A model generated the notes under the pieces. It saw only the letters and a program-made list of their open reading frames with translations, did no database searches and had not been told where the DNA came from. Of a stretch of DNA of 64,000 nt, positions 45,001 to 54,897 are shown in pieces. Source of the stretch: Eledone cirrhosa (taxonomy: Eukaryota); NCBI GenBank assembly GCA_964016885.1, contig OZ024741.1:414904001-414968000 (forward strand). Direction: 5' to 3'. Position numbers and translations under genes: made by a program. Position 1 is the first letter of the stretch. Every line of letters begins with the position of its first letter.

Positions 45001-48000
45001 TAAGCTGGTACTAGAACACAACATAGGCTTCCCACATAATATAGTGTAGTTTAGTAGAATAAGTTGGTACTTGAACACAACATAGGTTTCTTACATAATA
45101 TAGTGTAGTTTAGTAGAATAAGCTGGTACTGGGACACAACATAGGTTTCTTACATAATATAGTGTAGTTTAGTAGAATAAGCTGGTACTGGTACACAACA
45201 TAGGTTTCTTACATAATATAGTGTAGTTTAGTAGAATAAGCTGGTACCGAGACACAACATAGGTTTCTTACATAATATAGTGTGGTTTAGTAGAATAAGC
45301 TGGGACTGGGACACAACATAGGTTTCTTACATAATATAGTGTGGTTTAGTAGAATAAGCTGGGACTGGGACACAACATAGGTTTCTTACATAATATAGTG
45401 AGGTTTAGTAGAATAAGCTGGTACTAGAACACAACATAGGTTTCTTACATAATATAGTGTAGTTTAGTAGAATAAGATGGTACTAGAACACAACATAGGT
45501 TTGTTACATAATATAGTGAGGTTTAGTAGAATAAGCTGGTACTGGTACACAACATAGGTTTCTTACATAATATAGTGTAGTTTAGTAGAATAAGCTGGTA
45601 CTGGGACACAACATAGGTTTCTTACATAATATAGTGTAGATTAGTAGAATAAGCTGGTACTGGTACACAACATAGGTTTCTTACATACTATAGTGTAGTT
45701 TAGTAGAATAAGCTGGGACTAGGACACAACATAGGTTTCTTACATAATATAGTGTAGTTTAGTAGAATAAGCTGGTACTGGTACACAACATAGGTTTCTT
45801 ACATAATATAGTGTGGTTTAGTAGAATAAGCTGGTACTGGGACACAACATAGGTTTCTCACATAATATAGTGTAGTTTAGTAGAATAAGCTGGGACTGGG
45901 ACACAACATAGGTTTCTTACATAATATAGTGTAGTTTAGTAGAATAAGTTGGTACTAGAACACAACATAGGTTTCTTACATAATATCGTGTAGTTTAGTA
46001 GAATAAGCTGGGACTGGGACACAACATAGGTTTCTCACATAATATAGTGTAGTTTAGTAGAATAAGCTGGGACTGGGACACAACATAGGTTTCTTACATA
46101 ATATAGTGTAGTTTAGTAGAATAAGCTGGTACTGGGACACAACATAGGTTTCTTACATAATATAGTGTAGTTTAGTAGAATAAGCTGCTACTAGAACACA
46201 ACATAGGTTTCTTACATAATATAGTGTAGTTTAGGAGAATAAGCTGGTACTGGGACACAACATAGGTTTCTCACATAATATAGTGTAGTTTAGTAGAATA
46301 AGTTGGTACTAGAACACAACATAGGTTTCTTACATAATATCGTGTAGTTTAGTAGAATAAGCTGGGACTGGGACACAACATAGGTTTCTTACATAATATA
46401 GTGTAGTTTAGTAGAATAAGCTGGTACTAGAACACAACATAGGTTTCTCACATAATATAGTGTAGTCTAGTAGAATAAGTTGGTACTAGAACACAACATA
46501 GGTTTCTTACATAATATAGTGTAGTTTAGTAGAATAAGCTGGTACTGGGACACAACATAGGTTTCTTACATAATATAGTGTAGTTTAGTAGAATAAGCTG
46601 GTACTGCGACACAACATAGGTTTCTTACATAATATAGTGTAGTTTAGTAGAATAAGATGGTACTGGGACACAACATAGGTTTCTTACATAATATAGTGTG
46701 GTTTAGTAGAATAAGCTGGTACTGGTACACAACATAGATTTCTTACATAATATAGTGTAGTTTAGTAGAATAAGCTGGGACTGGGACACAACATAGGTTT
46801 CTTACATAATATAGTGTAGTTTAGTAGAATAAGCTGGTACTGGGACACAACATAGGTTTCTTACATAATATAGTGTAGTTTAGTAGAATAAGCTGGTACT
46901 GGGACACAAAATAGGTTTCTTACATAATATAGTGTAGTTTAGTAGAATAAGCTGCTACTAGAACACAACATAGGTTTCTTACATAATATAGTGTAGTTTA
47001 GTAGAATAAGCTGGTACTGGGACACAAAATAGGTTTCTTACATAATATAGTGTAGTTTAGTAGAATAAGCTGGTACTAGAACACAACATAGGTTTCTTAC
47101 ATAATATAGTGTAGTTTAGTAGAATAAGCTGGTACTGGGACACAAAATAGGTTTCTTACATAATATAGTGTAGTTTAGTAGAATAAGCTGCTACTAGAAC
47201 ACAACATAGGTTTCTTACATAATATAGTGTAGTTTAGTAGAATAAGCTGGTACTGGGACACAACATAGGTTTCTTACATAATATAGTGTAGTTTAGTAGA
47301 ATAAGCTGCTACTAGAACACAACATAGGTTTCTTACATAATATAGTGTAGTTTAGTAGAATAAGCTGGTACTAGAACACAACATAGGTTTCTTACATAAT
47401 ATAGTGTAGTTTAGTAGAATAAGCTGGTACTGGGACACAACATAGGTTTCTTACATAATATAGTGTAGTTTAGAAGAATAAGCTGGTACTGGGACACAAC
47501 ATAGGTTTCTTACATAATATGGTGTAGTTTAGTAGAATAAGCTGGTACTGGGACACAACATAGGTTTCTTACATAATATAGTGTAGTTTAGTAGAATAAG
47601 CTGGTACTGGGACACAACTTAGGTTTCTTACATAATATAGTGTAGTTTAGAAGAATAAGCTGGTACTGGGACACAACATAGGTTTCTTACATAATATAGT
47701 GTAGTTTAGTAGAATAAGCTGGTACTGGTACACAACATAGGTTTCTTACATAATATAGTGTAGTTTAGTAGAATAAGCTGGTACTGGGACACAACTTAGG
47801 TTTCTTACATAATATAGTGTAGTTTAGTAGAAAAAGCTGGTACTGGTACACAACATAGGTTTCTTACATAATATAGTGTAGTTTAGTAGAATAAGCTGGT
47901 ACTGGGACACAACATAGGTTTCTTACATAATATAGTGAGGTTTAGTAGAATAAGCTGGTACTGGGACACAACATAGGTTTCTTACATAATATAGTGTAGT

Positions 48001-51000
48001 TTAGTAGAATAAGCTGGTACTGGGACACAACATAGGTTTCTTACATAATATAGTGTAGTTTAGTAGAATAAGCTGGTACTGGGACACAACATAGGTTTCT
48101 TACATAATATAGTGTAGTTTAGTAGAATAAGCTGGTACTGGGACACAACATAGGTTTCTTACATAATATAGTGTAGTTTAGTAGAATAAGCTGCTACTAG
48201 AACACAACATAGGTTTCTTACATAATATAGTGAGATTTAGTAGAATAAGCTGGTACTGGGACACAACATAGGTTTCTTACATAATATAGTGTAGTTTAGT
48301 AGAATAAGCTGCTACTAGAACACAACATAGGTTTCTTACATAATATAGTGTAGTTTAGTAGAATAAGCTGGGACTGGGACACAACATAGGTTTCTTACAT
48401 AATATAGTGAGGTTTAGTAGAATAAGCTGGTACTGGTACACAACATAGGTTTCTTACATAATATAGTGTGGTTTAGTAGAATAAGCTGGGACTGGGACAC
48501 AACATAGGTTTCTTACATAATATAGTGTAGTTTAGTAGAATAAGCTGGTACTGGGACACAACATAGGTTTCTTACATAATATAGTGAGGTTTAGTAGAAT
48601 AAGCTGGTACTAGAACACAACATAGGTTTCTTACATAATATAGTGTGGTTTAGTAGAATAAGCTGGGACTGGGACACAACATAGGTTTCTTACATAATAT
48701 AGTGTGGTTTAGTAGAATAAGCTGGTACTGGGACACAACATAGGTTTCTTACATAATATAGTGAGATTTAGTAGAATAAGCTGCTACTGGGACACAACAT
48801 AGGTTTCTTACATAATATAGTGTAGTTTAGTAGAATAAGCTGGTACTGGGACACAACATAGGTTTCTTACATAATATAGTGTAGTTTAGTAGAATAAGCT
48901 GGTACTAGAACACAACATAGGTTTCTCACATAATATAGCGTAGTTTAGTAGAATAAGTTGGTACTTGAACAGAACATAGGTTTCTTACATAATATAGTGT
49001 AGTTTAGTAGAATAAGCTGGTACTGGGACACAACATAGGTTTCTTACATAATATAGTGTAGTTTAGTAGAATAAGCTGGTACTGGTACACAACATAGGTT
49101 TCTTACATAATATAGTGTAGTTTAGTAGAATAAGCTGGTACCGGGACACAACATAGGTTTCTTACATAATATAGTGAGGTTTAGTAGAATAAGCTGGTAC
49201 TAGAACACAACATAGGCTTCCCACATAATATAGTGTAGTTTAGTAGAATAAGTTGGTACTTGAACACAACATAGGTTTCTTACATAATATAGTGTAGTTT
49301 AGTAGAATAAGCTGGTACTGGGACACAACATAGGTTTCTTACATAATATAGTGTAGTTTAGTAGAATAAGCTGGTACTGGTACACAACATAGGTTTCTTA
49401 CATAATATAGTGTAGTTTAGTAGAATAAGCTGGTACCGAGACACAACATAGGTTTCTTACATAATATAGTGTGGTTTAGTAGAATAAGCTGGGACTGGGA
49501 CACAACATAGGTTTCTTACATACTATAGTGTAGTTTAGTAGAATAAGCTGGTACTAGAACACAACATAGGTTTCTCACATAATATAGTGTAGTTTAGTAG
49601 AATAAGTTGGTACTAGAACACAACATAGGTTTCTTACATAATATAGTGTAGTTTAGTAGAATAAGCTGGTACTGGGACACAACATAGGTTTCTTACATAA
49701 TATAGTGTAGTTTAGTAGAATAAGCTGGTACTGGTACACAACATAGGTTTCTTACATGATATAGTGTAGTTTAGTAGAATAAGCTGGTACTGGGACACAA
49801 CATAGGTTTCTTACATAATATAGTGTAGTTTAGTAGAATAAGCTGGTAGTGGGACACAACATAGGTTTCTTACATAATATAGTGTAGTTTAGTAGAATAA
49901 GCTGGTACTAGAACACAACATAGGTTTCTTACATAATATAGTGTAGTTTAGTAGAATAAGCTGGTACTGGGACACAACATAGGTTTCTTACATAATATAG
50001 TGTAGTTTAGTAGAATAAGCTGCTACTAGAACACAACATAGGTTTCTTACATAATATAGTGTAGTTTAGTAGAATAAGCTGCTACTAGAACACAACATAG
50101 GTTTCTTACATAATATAGTGTAGTTTAGTAGAATAAGCTGCTACTAGAACACAACATAGGTTTCTTACATAATATAGTGTAGTTTAGTAGAATAAGCTGC
50201 TACTAGAACACAACATAGGTTTCTTACATAATATAGTGTAGTTTAGTAGAATAAGCTGGTACTGGTACACAACATAGGTTTCTTACATAATATAGTGTAG
50301 TTTAGTAGAATAAGCTGGTACTGGGACACAACATAGGTTTCTTACATAATATAGTGTAGTTTAGTAGAATAAGCTGCTACTAGAACACAACATAGGTTTC
50401 TTACATAATATAGTGTAGTTTAGTAGAATAAGCTGTTACTGGGACACAACATAGTTTTCTTACATAATATAGTGTAGTTTAGTAGAATAAGCTGGTAGTG
50501 GGACACAACATAGGTTTCTTATATAATATAGTGTAGTTTAGTAGAATAAGCTGCTACTAGAACACAACATAGGTTTCTTACATAATATAGTGTAGTTTAG
50601 TAGAATAAGCTGGTACTGGGACACAACATAGGTTTCTTACATAATATAGTGTAGTTTAGTAGAATAAGCTGGTACTGGGACACAACCTAGGTTTCTTACA
50701 TAATATAGTGTAGTTTAGTAGAATAAGCTGCTACTAGAACACAACATAGGTTTCTTACATAATATAGTGTAGTTTAGTAGAATAAGCTGGGACTGGGACA
50801 CAACATAGGTCTCTTACATAATATAGTGTAGTTTAGTAGAATAAGCTGGTACTGGGACACAACATAGGTTTCTTACATAATATAGTGTAGTTTAGTAGAA
50901 TAAGCTGCTACTAGAACACAACATAGGTTTCTTACATAATATAGTGTAGTTTAGTAGAATAAGCTGGTACTGGGACACAACATAGGTTTCTTACATAATA

Positions 51001-51183
51001 TAGTGTGGTTTAGTAGAATAAGCTGGTACTGGGACACAACATAGGTTTCTTACATAATATAGTGTAGTTTAGTAGAATAAGCTGGTACTGCGACACAACA
51101 TAGGTTTCTTACATAATATAGTGTAGTTTAGTAGAATAAGCTGGTACTGGTACACAACATAGGTTTCTTACATAATATAGTGT
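1..51183. repeat. 59-bp tandem satellite, about 867.5 copies, AT-rich, truncated at the window start
   Basis: The consensus ACAACATAGGTTTCTTACATAATATAGTGTAGTTTAGTAGAATAAGCTGGTACTGGGAC repeats head to tail. Phase is preserved: units start at 1, 49561 (1+840x59) and 51154 (1+867x59). The last unit is 30 bp long. Confidence 0.99.
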
Positions 51184-53655
51184 GTCCTTGAGCAAGACAC
51201 TTTATTACATGTTGCTCCAGTCCACTGTGTCCTGCAACAAGACACTTTATTACATGTTGCTCCAGTCCACTGTGTCCTGCAACAAGACACTTTATTACAT
51301 GTTGCTCTAGTCCACTGTGTCCTTCAACAAGACACTTTATTACATGTTGCTCCAGTCAACTGTGTCCTGCAACAAGACACTTTATTACATGTTGCTCCAG
51401 TCCACTATGTCTTGCAACAAGACACTTTATTACATGTTGCTCCAGTCCACTGTGTCCTTCAACAAGACACTTTATTACATGTTGCTCCAGTCCACTGTGT
51501 CCTTCAACAAGACACTTTATTACATGTTGCTCCAGTCCACTATGTCTTGCAACAAGACACTTTATTACATGTTGCTCCAGTCCACTGTGTCCTTCAACAA
51601 GACACTTTATTACATGTTGCTCCAGTCCACTGTGTCCTTCAACAAGACACTTTATTACATGTTGCTCCAGTCCACTGTGTCCTTCAACAAGACACTTTAT
51701 TACATGTTGCTCCAGTCCACTATGTCTTGCAACAAGACACTTTATTACATGTTGCTCCAGTCCACTGTGTCCTGCAACAAGACACTTTATTACATGTTGC
51801 TCCAGTCCACTGTGTCCTTCAACAAGACACTTTATTACATGTTGCTCCAGTCAACTGTGTCCTGCAACAAGACACTTTATTACATGTTGCTCCAGTCCAC
51901 TGTGTCCTTCAACAAGACACTTTATTACATGTTGCTCCAGTCCACTGTGTCCTTCAACAAGACACTTTATTACATGTTGCTCCAGTCCACTGTGTCCTTC
52001 AACAAGACACTTTATTACATGTTGCTCCAGTCCACTATGTCTTGCAACAAGACACTTTATTACATGTTGCTCCAGTCCACTGTGTCCTGCAACAAGACAC
52101 TTTATTACATGTTGCTCCAGTCCACTGTGTCCTTCAACAAGACACTTTATTACATGTTGCTCCAGTCAACTGTGTCCTGCAACAAGACACTTTATTACAT
52201 GTTGCTCCAGTCCACTATGTCTTGCAACAAGACACTTTATTACATGTTGCTCCAGTCCACTGTGTCCTGCAACAAGACACTTTATTACATGTTGCTCCAG
52301 TCCACTGTGTCCTTCAACAAGTCACTTTATTACATGTTGCTCCAGTCCACTGTGTCCTTCAACAAGACACTTTATTACATGTTGCTCCAGTCCACTATGT
52401 CTTGCAACAAGACACTTTATTACATGTTGCTCCAGTCAACTGTGTCCTGCAACAAGACACTTTATTACATGTTGCTCCAGTCCACTGTGTCCTGCAACAA
52501 GACACTTTATTACATGTTGCTCCAGTCCACTGTGTCCTTCAACAAGACACTTTATTACATGTTGCTCCAGTCCACTGTGTCCTTCAACAAGACACTTTAT
52601 TACATGTTGCTCCAGTCAACTGTGTCCTGCAACAAGACACTTTATTACATGTTGCTCCAGTCCACTGTGTCCTTCAACAAGACACTTTATTACATGTTGC
52701 TCCAGTCCACTGTGTCCTTCAACAAGACACTTTATTACATGTTGCTCCAGTCCACTGTGTCCTTCAACAAGACACTTTATTACATGTTGCTCCAGTCCAC
52801 TATGTCTTGCAACAAGACACTTTATTACATGTTGCTCCAGTCCACTGTGTCCTTCAAAAAGACGCTTTGTTACATGTTGCTCCAGTCCACTGTGTCCTTC
52901 AACAAGACACTTTATTACATGTTGCTCCAGTCCACTATGTCCTTCAACAAGACACTTTATTACATGTTGCTCCAGTCCACTGTGTCCTGCAACAAGACAC
53001 TTTATTACATGTTGCTCCAGTCCACTGTGTCCTGCAACAAGACACTTTATTACATGTTGCTCCAGTCCACTGTGTCCTGCAACAAGACACTTTATTACAT
53101 GTTGCTCCAGTCCACTGTGTCCTGCAACAAGACACTTTATTACATGTTGCTCCAGTCCACTGTGTCCTGCAACAAGACACTTTATTACATGTTGCTCCAG
53201 TCCACTGTGTCCTGCAACAAGACACTTTATTACATGTTGCTCCAGTCCACTGTGTCCTGCAACAAGACACTTTATTACATGTTGCTCCAGTCCACTGTGT
53301 CCTTCAACACAACACTTTATTACATATTGCTCCAGTCCACTGTGTCCTTCAACAAGTCACTTTATTACATATTGCTCCAGTCCACTGTGTCCTTCAACAA
53401 GACACTTTATTACATATTGCTCCAGTCCACTGTGTCCTTCAACAAGTCACTTTATTACATGTTGCTCCAGTCCACTGTGTCCTTGAACAAGACACTTTAT
53501 TACATGTTACTCCAGTCCACTGTGTCCTTGAGCAAGACACTTTATTACATATTGCTCCAGTCCACTGTGTCCTTCAACAAGACACTTTATTACATGTTGC
53601 TCCAGTCCACTGTGTCCTTCAACACAACACTTTATTACATGTTGATCCAGTCCAC
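51181..53655 (+). repeat. 45-bp minisatellite, 55 full copies, derived from a SINE CORE-like segment
   Basis: The unit is TGTGTCCT(TC/GC)AACAAGACACTTTATTACATGTTGCTCCAGTCCAC, and 51181+55x45=53656. The first unit and the unit at 53521 read TGTGTCCTTGAGCAAGACACTT, which resembles the CORE-SINE motif (MIR core GTGACCTTGGGCAAGTCACTT). Confidence 0.97.
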
Positions 53656-53872
53656 TGTGTCCTTGCTCCAGTCAACTCAGCTGGCAAAAATGATTTGTAC
53701 CTGTAATTTGAATGGTAAGCCTTGTCACACTCTGTGTCATGCTGACTCTCTGAGAAATACATTAAGGGTACTCGTGTCTGTGGAATGCTGAGCCACTTAC
53801 ATGTTAATTTCATGAGCATGTTGTTCCATTGATCAGATCAACTGGAAGACTTGTTGTAACCAACAGAGTGCC
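51181..53872 (+). mobile_element. CORE-type SINE copy (octopus-like) with an internally amplified core and a single-copy 3' tail at 53656-53872
   Basis: The array runs directly into ...TTGCTCCAGTCAACTCAGCTGGCAAAAATGA...GCCTTGTCACACTCTGTGTCATGCTGA...TTAAGGGTAC...GATCAACTGGAA...GAGTGCC. I recall this sequence as the body of an abundant octopus tRNA-derived SINE. The assignment is from memory and the 3' end is approximate. Confidence 0.7.
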
Positions 53873-54170
53873 TCAGTTTTTACTACAATCTAACTTGATA
53901 CCTGTATGTGGTGATGGCTGAGAACAGTGAGTATTGAGACACCTTACTTACCTAAGATGGCCAAAGATCTAGAACTGGTCTCAACCACTTTCTACTCTAA
54001 TATCTATAATACAAGCTATTGTAGCAGAACCAAATGAAAACTCATCCTTCTTGCCAGGGACAGACTGGCATGGAGGTCTGTTGTTGAGGCCTTGTTTCAT
54101 TTCTCCACACTAGGGTGGTCACACAGAGCCAACTTAGACTGCATTAAACAGCATTATGACTGCATCACAT

Positions 54171-54251
54171 GGAGGTGTAGTGGTAAGGGTGTTGGACTTA
54201 CAATCTTAACGACATGGGTTCGATTCCTGAATTGGGTTGCGATGCTATGTC
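54171..54251 (+). mobile_element. Truncated tRNA-derived SINE head (degenerate A box, intact B box)
   Basis: The sequence is GGAGGTGTAGTGGTAAGGGTGTTGGACTTACAATCTTAACGACATGGGTTCGATTCCTGA. It has a D-loop-like AGTGGTAAG and GGTTCGATTCC at tRNA-like spacing but no intact acceptor stem. It ends in GCGATGCTATGTC, about where a TGTGTCC core would begin. Confidence 0.65.
54217..54227 (+). promoter_or_regulatory. RNA polymerase III internal promoter B box
   Basis: GGTTCGATTCC matches the GGTTCRANNCC consensus exactly. Whether it is active is unknown. Confidence 0.6.
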
Positions 54252-54439
54252 AGTAGATCTCTATGTTTAATTTTATTTTAAACACAATTTGTTTGTTTCT
54301 ACCCAGGCTTGCAGCCACCAAGGGCCGAAAGCTAACGAGACGAGAAGTATGTGGTGTAAATGTTATCCAAACATGGTGGGTAACTCTATGTCTATATTTA
54401 GTGTTTCACTTGCAATGACAGAATAAAAGATATTAAACT

Positions 54440-54670
54440 CATCATCATCATCATCACTACCATTGTCACCATCATCACGATCATCACCACTACCACTATT
54501 ATCATCATCATCATCATCACAACCACTATCATCATCATTACCACCACTATCACCATCACCATCATCATCATCATCATCATCATCACCACCACTATCATCA
54601 TCACCATCATCATCATCATCACCATCACCACCACTATCATCATCACCACCATCATCACCACCATCATCAT
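54440..54670. repeat. Imperfect (CAT/CAC)n trinucleotide microsatellite, about 230 bp
   Basis: CATCATCAT runs interspersed with CAC, TAT and TAC triplets are directly visible. Confidence 0.97.
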
Positions 54671-54881
54671 GCTATCCATTTTCAGCCATGCCATTTTGAA
54701 GTACCTCAAAGCCAGAGGTGTCAAAGAGCGTCTGTCACTCTACTTGTCCTCCCAGTTAATGTATGGTACCCTCATTGTATACCACCAGCAACACACTGCA
54801 TTATTAGGTGAATAACAATTTTTACTTTGGTTTCATTTATTTCTATCTCTGTTCTAAGACAAAGGCTCATATCGCTGGTGC

Positions 54882-54897
54882 TTAACCCTTTAGCATT
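54882..54897 (+). mobile_element. piggyBac-like non-autonomous DNA transposon (MITE) left terminus: TTAA target site plus CCCTTTAGCATT
   Basis: TTAA (54882-54885) followed by CCCT is the canonical piggyBac end signature. I recall TTAACCCTTTAGCATT as the end of an abundant octopus MITE. The matching right end (AATGCTAAAGGGTTAA) is not in the window. Confidence 0.6.

Noticed and set aside
1-51183. CRISPR array or variable-cassette system (constant part plus variable part of the 59-mer)
   Set aside because: There are no unique spacers. The variable part consists of a few point variants of one sequence, and no cas genes or leader are present.
1-51183. Telomeric repeat (TTAG-containing)
   Set aside because: There are no (TTAGGG)n or (TTAGG)n runs. 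TTAG is only part of the 59-mer.
51317-53791. 824-aa and 764-aa ORFs, plus minus-strand ORFs 52944-53270 and 53619-53819, as real genes
   Set aside because: They are translations of a 45-bp repeat that is open in several frames, with no recognisable domain. The 108-aa minus ORF merely tracks a run of seven identical CCTGC units.
54171-54245. Functional tRNA gene
   Set aside because: A T-loop/B box is present, but I cannot build the acceptor and D stems. It is better explained as a SINE head.
54398-54724. Met/Val-rich and Ser/Pro-rich ORFs
   Set aside because: They are translations of the (CAT/CAC)n microsatellite.
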